A DNA stretch of 64,000 nt, taken from positions 1,290-65,289 of the forward strand of contig CAMWUK010000005.1 of NCBI GenBank assembly GCA_947177415.1, in the 5' to 3' direction. Numbering within the stretch: the stretch's first letter is position 1; each line of letters begins with the position of its first letter. Source of the DNA: an uncultured Clostridiaceae bacterium (GTDB lineage: Bacteria > Bacillota > Clostridia > Lachnospirales > Lachnospiraceae). Shown piece by piece: positions 1 through 9,658 of the stretch. The notes beneath the pieces are model-generated. The model was not told the DNA's origin. It did no database searches and saw only the letters and a program-made list of their open reading frames with translations. The position numbers and the translations under genes are program-made.

Positions 1-14
1 ATCCCACCATTGGA

Positions 15-99
15 GTAACTGTTCAGAACCATGAACAGTTACGTTTAAGCCCATAATAATTCGCCTTCAGCGAAAGGGCTTAAACATTGTAAAATTTAT
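15..99 (+). mobile_element. MITE-like element, family A, right-truncated copy
   Basis: Hairpin GTAACTGTTCAGAACCATGAACAGTTAC (15-42) followed by stem-loop GTTTAAGCCC...GGGCTTAAAC (43-85). Near-identical to the first ~85 nt of the copies at 7712 and 31286. Confidence 0.8.
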
Positions 100-276
100 A
101 GGAAGTGGGTTTGCCCTTACATTGTCAACTGCGAAAAAAATATTTTTTAGATTTTCTTGTCAAGAATATTGATTGTTTCAAATACCCAATATTTTCTCTT
201 ATATACCGAGATAAAGTATATCCCCCATGAAGATATACCTCATGAAAAGCAATCCATACTGGCAGCAACGTGGCAA

Positions 277-876
277 TCATAAAAAAACTCTCAATGCCTG
301 GTCAAACCACCCATTTTCGATATGACTAAGTGTATAAGACTGGAACATAATATGTGGCAGTTCATCATTCAACATCTGTGCACAGATCTCTTTAAGTGCA
401 GGAGATGCTGTACATCGGGATAATGCATCATAGTAAGTCAGTGCAATTATTTCTGCAGTTACCAGTACTGTGATTTCACACTTTATCCCTCCAAGTTGTC
501 TCAATCTGCGAAAGCATCTATCCAAAAAAGTGCTGTCTTTAGACTGCACATCATGATAATCCATATATTTTTTCAGATATGCCGAATGCCAGTTCTCCTC
601 TTTCACAAACTGTCGCATAGCTTCTATGTAATCTTCCTCATGATTCTTATAAGCAAAATCTTCAACTACACGCATAAGAAAATTACCGTTGGAGGCTTCC
701 CCTTTCTGGAATGCTTGGATCGACGGAAAAATCAGCTTCTTTTCTACTTCCGTAAGATCCTTTTCTCTGGAAAAATCTATCTGAAGCCTTTTTCTGTCGT
801 TCGCAATAAAATATTTTTTCCATGCCTTATAATTAAAACGATTCATCTTTGAATGTGTGATATTAACCATATTCAT
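277..876 (-). CDS. Ferritin-like (diiron-carboxylate type) hypothetical protein
   Basis: 199-aa helical ORF with two ExxH motifs (EENWH, DELPH). AGGAAAGGA RBS lies just upstream of the ATG. Confidence 0.55.
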   Translation of the reverse strand: MNMVNITHSKMNRFNYKAWKKYFIANDRKRLQIDFSREKDLTEVEKKLIFPSIQAFQKGEASNGNFLMRVVEDFAYKNHEEDYIEAMRQFVKEENWHSAYLKKYMDYHDVQSKDSTFLDRCFRRLRQLGGIKCEITVLVTAEIIALTYYDALSRCTASPALKEICAQMLNDELPHIMFQSYTLSHIENGWFDQALRVFL

Positions 877-1065
877 TTTCCTTTCCTTGGTGTTAATACA
901 ATATCTCCTTTTTAAAAAAATGTTGCTGTATCATTTATTTTGCTATTACAAGCTGTGAACGAAAACAATATTTTTTACTACACCCTGTTGTACCAAACAC
1001 CAAACTTATACATACATAAACATAATTATTCTCTTTACCTTTTTCATGTCTTTCTCCTTCACCTA

Positions 1066-1566
1066 TTAACCTTTTTTAAATTCTAAAGCTACTTCTTCTT
1101 CAAGATTTATGGTTATCTTTTTTTTCCTTGCATCATATAAAAATGCCATATAGTTGACTGGCGAAATTCTTCCAAAAGAATAGGCATACACATCTTTTTC
1201 TACCTCCACAGACACACTTTTGTCAATCTCTGCCTCTTTTTCGCAAAACAAAGCATTCAAGTCTACACTTTCAGATAATTCCTTCTTTTCTTCTTCTGTC
1301 ATCTCACCATTATGTAAATTTTCATAGGCAGTATAGTGCTCTACAACCCAATTCTTATAGTAAAAATTTAAATCCACTTGAAAAAACTGTGCCTTTCCAT
1401 CCTTTACTTCAATATAAGCATCCGGATATTCCTTTGAATTCTGCACATAATATCTGCCATCTGAGACTGTAGAATCATAAGAAAAAAATACCAGCCAAAC
1501 CACAGGAAGAACTATAACAATACTGCACAGCAATAATATAATTATATTTCTTTTTTTCTTTGTCAT
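1066..1566 (-). CDS. Hypothetical membrane-anchored protein
   Basis: 166-aa ORF with N-terminal KKKR followed by a hydrophobic segment (IIILLLCSIVIVLPVVWLVFF). No recognisable domain. Confidence 0.55.
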   Translation of the reverse strand: MTKKKRNIIILLLCSIVIVLPVVWLVFFSYDSTVSDGRYYVQNSKEYPDAYIEVKDGKAQFFQVDLNFYYKNWVVEHYTAYENLHNGEMTEEEKKELSESVDLNALFCEKEAEIDKSVSVEVEKDVYAYSFGRISPVNYMAFLYDARKKKITINLEEEVALEFKKG

Positions 1567-1723
1567 TTTCTATATCCCTTCATCATTATTTATGTAATTT
1601 CGTTATACAACTTTTGTATTATATATTATTTTTTCGGTTCACTGGTTCCTTGTGCCACTATGAATGTAGCTGATATTTTGTTTTTATGTAATAACATTAT
1701 AAATTGGAATTCATTGCATAAAT

Positions 1724-2149
1724 TTAATCCTTATAATAGTTCAACATATACTCATAAATATTTTCGGTCTGTTCTTCATCTCCCCATGATAAGGGGTCAT
1801 CAGCATAACATAAAGTAAAGAATGGTTCTTTGTCTTGAATATTTCCTGGCAGGCTTTCCCACAAATTATACATTAGATTAGCAAAACTCTTTATATCAGA
1901 ACAATTTTTATAGCACACCTTTAACTTGCTCATTAAAATTCTACCAAACTGTTCGTAGCCAAGAGCATCATAGTCAATATATGTCCTTATATAGGTTATA
2001 GCTTTTTTTATATCCGTTTCCCATTCCAAATACAGTAAGTCATCATTTTCAAGGTTATCAAGGAATAATTCATCAATTCTTTTGTTATACTCGTCTTCTG
2101 TCACCATTCCTTCATATAACAAAAACGCAAAAACCAATAATTCCTCCAT
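1724..2149 (-). CDS. Hypothetical acidic cytoplasmic protein
   Basis: 141-aa ORF with coding-like composition. No recognisable motif. Confidence 0.5.
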   Translation of the reverse strand: MEELLVFAFLLYEGMVTEDEYNKRIDELFLDNLENDDLLYLEWETDIKKAITYIRTYIDYDALGYEQFGRILMSKLKVCYKNCSDIKSFANLMYNLWESLPGNIQDKEPFFTLCYADDPLSWGDEEQTENIYEYMLNYYKD

Positions 2150-2230
2150 GATTGTGTCCCCCCAACCAGAATTTCTTGTTGCTTATCTGTCTAAAATCCA
2201 TACATCATTGATTTTAAAAAGGTCAAACAC

Positions 2231-2902
2231 TTAATTTGACCATATACAAAGTTTTTCAAGTCCTCTGAGTTTTTCCAAACCATCAAGCCTATCCAATCTC
2301 ACCTCTCCGACTTCCAAAACCCGGAGTTTGGGTAACATCTGCAAAAATGCCAGATTGTGAATCTCTGTCTCACAAGACATCAACCGTACTACTTCCAAAT
2401 TTGTCAAATATGCAAAATCCTCTGGAACAAGTATACCATAATCATAGGTTTCTTCATCTCTCTCAAGTCCCTCAAAATCACTGTCCTCAGCATTATAAAA
2501 TTTGATACTGCTTTCAAAATCCTTCATAGCCTGTTTAGCAGCCTTCTCATCCATCACAGTTCCATCATTATCTGATTGCTGAACCTCAGATTCTTCTTCA
2601 TCAAGAAGTGTCCTCTTGATAGAAATAACTTTACGGTCTCCCCAATCTTCTATATCTATAAACTCTCCAATATCATGGTATTTTCCTGTGTCTGATAAAC
2701 AGCAGCACCACCACTCATCTCCTGCATCTGAAAAGTCAAACCTAGGCGGTACATCTTTGCTAAATCCCAACAAATATTCATGTGTCGTACTTACAAACAG
2801 ATATTTGATAACACTGAGGTCTTCTTTCGTAATCTCCCCCTCAATCCCCAAATAATCTCTAATACCTCTCTCCAACCAACGTGACTGAAATTGAATTTCC
2901 AT
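2231..2902 (-). CDS. Hypothetical protein with C-terminal leucine-rich repeats
   Basis: 223-aa ORF. C-terminus has LxxLxxL periodicity (LTNLEVVRL..LPKLRVLEV..LDGLEKLRGLEKLCI). Confidence 0.55.
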   Translation of the reverse strand: MEIQFQSRWLERGIRDYLGIEGEITKEDLSVIKYLFVSTTHEYLLGFSKDVPPRFDFSDAGDEWWCCCLSDTGKYHDIGEFIDIEDWGDRKVISIKRTLLDEEESEVQQSDNDGTVMDEKAAKQAMKDFESSIKFYNAEDSDFEGLERDEETYDYGILVPEDFAYLTNLEVVRLMSCETEIHNLAFLQMLPKLRVLEVGEVRLDRLDGLEKLRGLEKLCIWSN

Positions 2903-3153
2903 ATTCTGGTTCCTCCTTTGCTCAAATTCGTATTTATCTTTGACTGTATTATACTACATTTACCTAGCAAAAGGAATAAATTTTGAAGAAACAATTCCGC
3001 CTTTTTTATTGTATCTACAGACGATTTCTGCTATAATAATTTTGATTTTTTGTTCCTTAAACAAATTTCTTGTATGGTCTTAAGGAGTAGTTTTTAATCC
3101 TTTGGGTTTCTTTATAAAGAACAGCAGTTTAGAATTGATAAGGAGATATAGTT

Positions 3154-6100
3154 ATGCATAACATTCAAAAAGATAAAAAGATGTTTTCAAGTGTCGGAGG
3201 CAATCGGGGAAAGGACTCGTTGCAGTCTGTAAACAGAGCATACATAAAAAGACTCGTTGCATTTATGATATGCTTAATCCTCGTCTTTCATAATTTCATA
3301 ACAGTAGCAGCCGCTGATGATGGGCAGTCCAATAACCGGACGGTTAAAGCCGGTATCTTCTACTTCGAGGGTTATCACATGAAGGATGAGGAAGGAAAAC
3401 TGACTGGTTATGGTATGGAATTTCTTGACATGGTCTCCGAATATTCCCATCTGAATTTCCAGTACACGGGCTATGACAACTCCTGGAGTGACATGCTTAC
3501 TATGCTGGAAAACGGTGAAATAGACATGGTAACCTCTGCCCGGAGGACTACAGAACGGGAGGAGAGTTTCGCCTTTTCTCTCCCTATCGGCAGAAACAGA
3601 ACCATTCTCTCGGTCCGGTCCGATAATACACAGCTACACAGCGGTGATTACAAAACTTATAATGGAATGACGGTGGGACAGCTGGCAGGAAGCAGTCAGA
3701 ACCAGAGTCTGGTGGAATTTGCAGAGGAAAAGGGATTTTCCTACCAGACAAAGGAATATAATGATTCCGATGCCCTTGTGACCGCTTTGCAGGATGGCAA
3801 GATTGATGCAATCCTTTCCAGCGATTTGAGAAAAGCGAAAAATGAAAAAACGCTGGAAATTATTCAGGAGGATAACTTTTACGCAATTGTCCGAAAAGAC
3901 GATACGGAGCTGCTTAACGAAATCAACTATGCCATTGAGCAGATGGATCAGAATGAGGGTGACTGGAAAAATGTGTTGTATTACCGCTACTACGGTCCGG
4001 TTTATTCCTCTGCACTCACCTTTACAGAGCGCGAGAAGGCATACATTCAGGAGGTGGTCTCCGGAGAAAAAAAGATTACCATAACCGCCTTTGGCAACAG
4101 AGAACCCTATTCCTATGTGAAGGACGGAGAATTAAAGGGTATTCTGCCGGATTATTTTGCCTGTGTTATGGAGATGGCTGGACTGCCTTATGAAATCGTG
4201 ATACCGAAGGACAGAGAGGACTATAATACCATGGTAGACACCAACAGCGTGGATGTGGTTATTGACAGGCTCAGCTCCAGTGCTATCATGGAGGAAGCCT
4301 CTTACCATGGGTTCAATACGGATGCCTATATGACAACAGGCGTGGCAAGGGTAACACGACAAGATTTCGCTGGAGACATTAAAACGATTGCCGTATCGGA
4401 TTCACAAAGCGGTGCTTTGATTTCGCAGAAGCTTTATGGAGATTTTGAAATTTTGAATTATTCCACCAGAGAGGCTGCGATGCAGGCTGTTCTGAACCAT
4501 GAGGTGGACGCTGCCTATGTATATGCCTATACGGCACAGTTGTTTGTGAACCGTGACACCACCAATTCCCTATACTACAGCATAGCGAACGATATGGACA
4601 TAGACTTCCGGATGTATGTCCGTGACAGTGCGGATCATGAGCTGATTACCATCCTGAACAAATGTATCCAGCAGATGTCAGATGACATGCTGAATCAATT
4701 GGTTTTAAAACATACTTCCTATACCATTGAGGATTTGAATCTTCTGCAATATATGCAGGCCAATCCGAAGATCATGCTCATCATGGTTCTGGCAACCGCC
4801 CTGATTATCTGCGTCATTCTGGTGCTCTATCTGCAGGGACGGTGGAGCAGGAAGCTTCTGGACACCACAGAACAATCAAATAGGGCGATGAAGGAGCAGC
4901 TTGCCATTGTGGAAACATTAAGCCGTGATTATACGAATGTTTTTGCCATCAATGAGGAGTGTGGCACCGCCAGAATTATTAAATTGGAAGGTTATGTAAC
5001 AGAAGGACTGAAAAAGGATTCTAAGGAAGAGCAGCCCTATGCCCCGATTTTGAACCAGTATATCCAGAATCGTGTCCATCCGGAGGATCAGGAGTATCTC
5101 ACACAGGCTCTTTCTCTGGACAAAGTCAGGGAGCAGATAGCCTCAAATGGGGAATACACAGGCAGCTACCGTATACAGGCAGACGGGGAAAACCATCATT
5201 TCCAATATACCTATATAAAGGTTGGAGAAAGCGATCTTAAGAAGGACAGTTTTATCCTTGCGGGATTCCGCAATATTGACGAGATGATCCGCAAGGAGCA
5301 GGAGCAGAAGGCAGTTCTGGAGGAAGCTCTGGCACAGGCTCAGTATGCCAACAATGCAAAGACTACCTTCCTCAACAATATGTCCCACGATATCCGCACA
5401 CCTATGAATGCCATCATTGGCTTTACCTCCTTGGCGGTAACCCATATTGATAACAAAACGCAGGTGCAGGACTATCTGGGGAAGATCATGACCTCTGGCA
5501 ACCATCTGTTGAGCCTGATTAACGATGTTCTGGATATGAGCCGCATCGAGAGCGGCAAGGTTAAAATAGAGGAAAAAGAAGCCAGTCTTCCGGAGATCAT
5601 GCACGATTTGAAGACTATCGTCCAGACTGACGTGAGAGCAAAGCAACTGGAATTCTACATTGATACTCTGGGTGTGGAAAACGAGACGATTATCTGTGAC
5701 AAACTCCGCCTGAATCAGGTGCTTCTGAATATTATGAGCAATGCCATGAAATACACAAAACCCGGCGGAATGGTCAGCGTCCGTGTTCTCCAGACCTCCG
5801 AAGCACAGGAGGGCTATGCTTCATACGAGTTCCGGATTAAGGATACTGGTATCGGCATGAGCCGCGAATTTCTAAAACACGTTTTCGAGCCTTTTGAGCG
5901 GGAACAGACAGCCACCGTAAGCGGCATTCAGGGAACTGGTCTGGGTCTTGCCATCACAAAAAACATTGTGGACATGATGGGCGGCACAATCACAGTGGAC
6001 AGTGAGGAGGGAAAAGGGTCGGAATTTACCGTAACTTTCCGTTTCCGGACTGCTGACAGCCCCGTGAAGTCCCAGCGGCTGGAACAACTGGCGGATCTTA

Positions 6101-6891
6101 GGGCACTGGTGGTAGATGATGACGTGAATACCTGCGTCAGTGTAAGTAAGATGCTCTCCGCCATTGGTATGAATCCCGACTGGACGACCTTGGGAAAGGA
6201 GGCTGTTATCCGCACAGAGTTCGCATTGGAGCAGAACGAGCCTTACAGTGCGTATATCATAGACTGGCTGATGCCGGATATGAACGGCATAGAGCTTGTT
6301 CGAAGAATCCGCAAGGTAATCGGAGATATGACACCTATTATCATACTGACTGCCTACGACTGGGCGGACATTGAGAAGGAGGCCAGAGAGGCTGGCGTCA
6401 CGGCATTCTGCTCCAAGCCAATCTTCCCCTCAGAGCTGCGGGAGGTTTTGGCGGCACCCTACATGGAACAGGAAAGTACAAAGGAAACAGACTCGTCGGA
6501 GCTTCGCTTTGATGGCAAGAAAATCCTGCTGGTGGAGGATATTGAGATGAATCAGGAGATTGCCCGGGCGATTCTGGAGGCTGTAGGATTTCTTATTGAT
6601 ACGGCGGATGATGGAAGCATAGCCGTAGAGCAGATAAAGGAGTTGCCTGCGGATACGTACGATTTAATACTGATGGATGTCCAGATGCCTATTATGAACG
6701 GCTATCAGGCCACAAGAGCCATTCGGGCACTGGATGATCCTGTCAAGGCGGCGATTCCTATTGTGGCGATGACTGCCAATGCTTTTGAGGAGGATCGGAA
6801 GGAAGCCATGGATGCCGGAATGAATGGATATGTGGCAAAGCCTATTGACATAGAAAAATTGATGCAGACACTGGAAGATATTTTGAAATAA
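3154..6891 (+). CDS. Hybrid sensor histidine kinase/response regulator with two extracytoplasmic solute-binding-type domains
   Basis: 1245 aa with AAGGAG RBS. Two PBPb-like repeats precede a TM segment (IMLIMVLATALIICVILVLYL). H-box FLNNMSHDIRTPMNAIIG; HATPase G-boxes (DTGIGM, GTGLGLAI). Two receiver domains (VVDDD..DWLMPDMNG; LLVEDIE..LMDVQMPIMNG). Confidence 0.9.
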   Translation: MHNIQKDKKMFSSVGGNRGKDSLQSVNRAYIKRLVAFMICLILVFHNFITVAAADDGQSNNRTVKAGIFYFEGYHMKDEEGKLTGYGMEFLDMVSEYSHLNFQYTGYDNSWSDMLTMLENGEIDMVTSARRTTEREESFAFSLPIGRNRTILSVRSDNTQLHSGDYKTYNGMTVGQLAGSSQNQSLVEFAEEKGFSYQTKEYNDSDALVTALQDGKIDAILSSDLRKAKNEKTLEIIQEDNFYAIVRKDDTELLNEINYAIEQMDQNEGDWKNVLYYRYYGPVYSSALTFTEREKAYIQEVVSGEKKITITAFGNREPYSYVKDGELKGILPDYFACVMEMAGLPYEIVIPKDREDYNTMVDTNSVDVVIDRLSSSAIMEEASYHGFNTDAYMTTGVARVTRQDFAGDIKTIAVSDSQSGALISQKLYGDFEILNYSTREAAMQAVLNHEVDAAYVYAYTAQLFVNRDTTNSLYYSIANDMDIDFRMYVRDSADHELITILNKCIQQMSDDMLNQLVLKHTSYTIEDLNLLQYMQANPKIMLIMVLATALIICVILVLYLQGRWSRKLLDTTEQSNRAMKEQLAIVETLSRDYTNVFAINEECGTARIIKLEGYVTEGLKKDSKEEQPYAPILNQYIQNRVHPEDQEYLTQALSLDKVREQIASNGEYTGSYRIQADGENHHFQYTYIKVGESDLKKDSFILAGFRNIDEMIRKEQEQKAVLEEALAQAQYANNAKTTFLNNMSHDIRTPMNAIIGFTSLAVTHIDNKTQVQDYLGKIMTSGNHLLSLINDVLDMSRIESGKVKIEEKEASLPEIMHDLKTIVQTDVRAKQLEFYIDTLGVENETIICDKLRLNQVLLNIMSNAMKYTKPGGMVSVRVLQTSEAQEGYASYEFRIKDTGIGMSREFLKHVFEPFEREQTATVSGIQGTGLGLAITKNIVDMMGGTITVDSEEGKGSEFTVTFRFRTADSPVKSQRLEQLADLRALVVDDDVNTCVSVSKMLSAIGMNPDWTTLGKEAVIRTEFALEQNEPYSAYIIDWLMPDMNGIELVRRIRKVIGDMTPIIILTAYDWADIEKEAREAGVTAFCSKPIFPSELREVLAAPYMEQESTKETDSSELRFDGKKILLVEDIEMNQEIARAILEAVGFLIDTADDGSIAVEQIKELPADTYDLILMDVQMPIMNGYQATRAIRALDDPVKAAIPIVAMTANAFEEDRKEAMDAGMNGYVAKPIDIEKLMQTLEDILK

Positions 6892-6913
6892 GGAAGCCCT
6901 GAGTAGCAGTCCG

Positions 6914-6964
6914 CAAAAAAATTTTCCCTTGTAAATGCCCAGCAAGGACAAATACAAGGGAAAA
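6914..6964 (-). terminator. Rho-independent terminator between convergent genes
   Basis: 12-bp perfect stem TTTTCCCTTGTA (6922-6933) / TACAAGGGAAAA (6953-6964). On the minus strand it is followed by a T7 run (plus-strand A run 6915-6921). Confidence 0.7.
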
Positions 6965-7003
6965 TAATACATAACATAAGGTTTTAGGAATGACTTTTTA
7001 TCA

Positions 7004-7678
7004 TTATATATGTTTCATCTTTAACTCTTCCATATTGTGGACTTCCTGTTGTTCTTTTGAATTAATAGCAGTCACTATTTTTCCAATTGTCCTTGCAATA
7101 TATCCTACCAAAAGAGCTGCGATTAAAGTTCCTTCTCTGATACCATTCAACTGTTGTGCAAAGGCAAAGGATAGGATAGCTGCTATGACCGACATAGATA
7201 CATCAAACACAATTTTCGTAACCCCAAATTCAAATTTCCATGTAACACAAACTGCTCTCACAAAAGATTCTCCTGGCAGCATAGCCACATCTGCCAACAC
7301 TTCTAAGTATACACCAAACCCTAAAATAAAACATCCTGCAAGAAGTACAAATATCTTTATTCCATAAAGTTGTGGATTCATATCTTTTAGCAGCACCATA
7401 GTAAAATCAATAAAATATCCAAAGGCTATGGAAATAGGAATTTGCAGAATATGTTCTAACTTAAAGTTTTTTCGCAAAATAAGTAATTGTAGTAAAATTA
7501 ATAATACACTAAAAAATATAGTAAAATTACCAAGTGTAAATGGGAAATTTAAACTTAATACATAAGGAATAGAAGAAATTGGTGAAGTACCAAGATTTGC
7601 TTTTGTTACAAAACTAACTCCTAAAGAATTAATAAAAAGTCCGACTAAAAAAATAAGATAACGCTTTAATTTATCCAT
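7004..7678 (-). CDS. YczE/YitT-like integral membrane protein
   Basis: 224 aa, multi-TM. N-terminus (LVGLFINSLGVSFVTKANLGTSPISSIPYVLS) resembles the YczE/DUF6198 family as I recall it. GGAGGA RBS 8 nt upstream. Confidence 0.6.
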   Translation of the reverse strand: MDKLKRYLIFLVGLFINSLGVSFVTKANLGTSPISSIPYVLSLNFPFTLGNFTIFFSVLLILLQLLILRKNFKLEHILQIPISIAFGYFIDFTMVLLKDMNPQLYGIKIFVLLAGCFILGFGVYLEVLADVAMLPGESFVRAVCVTWKFEFGVTKIVFDVSMSVIAAILSFAFAQQLNGIREGTLIAALLVGYIARTIGKIVTAINSKEQQEVHNMEELKMKHI

Positions 7679-7711
7679 GATTTTATTCCTCCATACTATT
7701 CATATTTTCTT

Positions 7712-7846
7712 GTAACTGTTCAGAACCATGAACAGTTACATTTAAGCCCATAATTATTCGCCTTCGGCGAAGGGGCTTAAACATTGCAAAATTTACTTTT
7801 TCTTACGAAACAAGCAGTAAATGCTTGTTTCTACCTAAATAGTTAC
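7712..7846 (+). mobile_element. MITE-like element, family A, full length
   Basis: TIRs GTAACTGTTCAG / CTAAATAGTTAC. Three internal hairpin modules. Perfect 8-bp direct repeat ATTTTCTT at 7704-7711 and 7847-7854. Confidence 0.85.
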
Positions 7847-8251
7847 ATTTTCTTTTATTTTTTGAAATAACTTTAAAAATACTTCCTGTTCTGTCTTAGA
7901 TATCCCAGAAAACGCCTGCTCTTCAATATGTAAAAAACCTTGTTCCACAGATTCTGCCAGTTCCTTACCATAAGATGTCAGAAAAACATAGAGAGAACGT
8001 CTATTTCCATCTTTCATTCGACGCTCTACCATCTTTTTTTCCTCCATGCGGTTTAAAAGAACGGTAAGGGAACCAGGTTCAATATAACAGGCTTTGGCAA
8101 TTTCTTTCTGGCTTATGCCATCATGATCTCTTAAGTAATCCAGAATCTTTGGCTGCCCTATGGTCAGTTCTGTATCTTTCAGCTCTGTCAATAGAGATTT
8201 GTGAACCATCGCCTGATTTGCCATTAATAAATAGTGAAACGATTGTTCCAT
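7835..8251 (-). CDS. MarR family transcriptional regulator
   Basis: Winged-helix region LTIGQPKILDYLRDHDGISQKEIAKACYIEPGSLTVLLNRMEEKKMVERR. Start moved to the ATG at 8251, which has an AGGAGG RBS 9 nt upstream. The last 3 codons and the stop lie inside the MITE. Confidence 0.85.
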   Translation of the reverse strand: MEQSFHYLLMANQAMVHKSLLTELKDTELTIGQPKILDYLRDHDGISQKEIAKACYIEPGSLTVLLNRMEEKKMVERRMKDGNRRSLYVFLTSYGKELAESVEQGFLHIEEQAFSGISKTEQEVFLKLFQKIKENVTI

Positions 8252-8362
8252 TTCTGTATGCCCTCCTTTGTTTGAATTCAAATTGTTATAATTCTAACAA
8301 ATATTATAGGCACACTGTATAGAAATGTCAATTGTTTTTTGGAGGTATGTTTATTTCTTATT

Positions 8363-8905
8363 TCAAAAGTCTTTTAAAAATTCTTTAGCTTCTTCACACC
8401 ACTCCAAATATGTATGATATGTTTTTATACCAAACTGCACAGTAAGTAAATAATATTTATGCGTATTATCATCATGAACGATTTCTTTCAAAGTGCTTTC
8501 TGCTCTTAAAAGGTATTGCATTTCCATTTCAATCTTTTCCTGAAATGCCTCAATGTGCGATATTGCCTGCGACACATCTTGTTCGTTTCCAAAAAATATT
8601 TTAAGCAAAGTTTCATAACGGATTTCATCTTTCTCAACAGGCACTTTCAACCATTCTTTTAAATATCTTCGACCATCATCTGTTATAGTATATAACAACT
8701 TATTTCTCTTATTTTCTGTACACTCTCTTTTGGTAGCTAATCCTCGGTTAACTAAATCACCCAATGTCGGATATATGCTGCCGTAGCTTGCACCCCAAAA
8801 ATATTTTAATGTTGTGTCCATCCGTTTTTTTATCTCATATCCTGTCAGTTCTTCATGACTTAATAAACCCAAAATTACACAATCAAGCTTTTTTTCCGTT
8901 GCCAT
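8363..8905 (-). CDS. PadR family transcriptional regulator
   Basis: LDCVILGLLSHEELTGYEIKKRM...GSIYPTLGDLVNRGL is the PadR winged-helix signature. ATG at 8905 preferred over the TTG at 8926. Confidence 0.85.
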   Translation of the reverse strand: MATEKKLDCVILGLLSHEELTGYEIKKRMDTTLKYFWGASYGSIYPTLGDLVNRGLATKRECTENKRNKLLYTITDDGRRYLKEWLKVPVEKDEIRYETLLKIFFGNEQDVSQAISHIEAFQEKIEMEMQYLLRAESTLKEIVHDDNTHKYYLLTVQFGIKTYHTYLEWCEEAKEFLKDF

Positions 8906-9647
8906 TATTATTCCCCTTTCTTTCAATCATTTCATAAGATAGGACATTTCGTGGACAGTTATCAATGCAGGCTCCACATTGGATACACTCTGGATTTTTA
9001 ATCTGTCCTTCCTTTATTGTGTTTACAACGTCTATTCCCATCGGACAAGCCTTACTACATTTTCCACAAGAAATACACATATCTTTCTCTTTAACCTTAA
9101 TATGCAATCCTGGCAAATTTAAAAGCCTGCGAAGTTTTATTCCAAGTACCATAAATGGAGCCATCCAACAAAAATAATGGCAGAAAATCCGCTTTCCAAA
9201 TATAACCGATGGCATAAAAATTAAACATACAATACCATAATAGATGATATAACTCTGAATAGAGGACACTGAAATTCCATTTTCGGTTTCAAATAAAAAA
9301 TCTATTGTTACAACTTTTTCACTATGTAAATAGCAGAAAATAACTACAGATAACCAAACAACCCATATTATGTACTTGATATTATTCTTCCAACCTTGTT
9401 TCGGCTTTTTTTCGTTAATTTCAAAACTACATTCCTGTAATCCTGCTGCCGGACAAAGGTAAGCACAAAATAACCGCCCAAATGGAATGGAAAGTAAAAA
9501 CATCAATACAAATACAATAAAACTTCCATTGATTATCCCATTTAATCCTGCATTTATAATTAAGGCAGGACTGAAATAATAGAGTGTAATTGGAAATAGC
9601 AATAATGATATTATTATACACAACCTTCTAATCTTTTGTCTTTTCAT
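8883..9647 (-). CDS. Membrane-bound 4Fe-4S cluster-binding protein
   Basis: 254 aa, several TM segments. Two CxxCxxCxxxCP motifs (CISCGKCSKACP, CIQCGACIDNCP). AGGAGG RBS. Confidence 0.8.
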   Translation of the reverse strand: MKRQKIRRLCIIISLLLFPITLYYFSPALIINAGLNGIINGSFIVFVLMFLLSIPFGRLFCAYLCPAAGLQECSFEINEKKPKQGWKNNIKYIIWVVWLSVVIFCYLHSEKVVTIDFLFETENGISVSSIQSYIIYYGIVCLIFMPSVIFGKRIFCHYFCWMAPFMVLGIKLRRLLNLPGLHIKVKEKDMCISCGKCSKACPMGIDVVNTIKEGQIKNPECIQCGACIDNCPRNVLSYEMIERKGNNNGNGKKA

Positions 9648-9658
9648 GATAACCTCCT

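Noticed and set aside
1-18. 3' end of a plus-strand gene (..IPPLE*), with its stop inside the MITE TIR.
   Set aside because: Only five codons are visible at the window edge, so this cannot be supported.
5143-5646. Long antisense ORFs inside large genes (for example 5143-5646, 24556-24963, 36785-37165, 39144-39548, 62494-62856, 12617-13216, 13567-14013).
   Set aside because: These are shadow ORFs opposite genes that have strong motif support. Their sequences are low-complexity or Cys/Ser/Phe-rich, with no RBS and no recognisable motifs.
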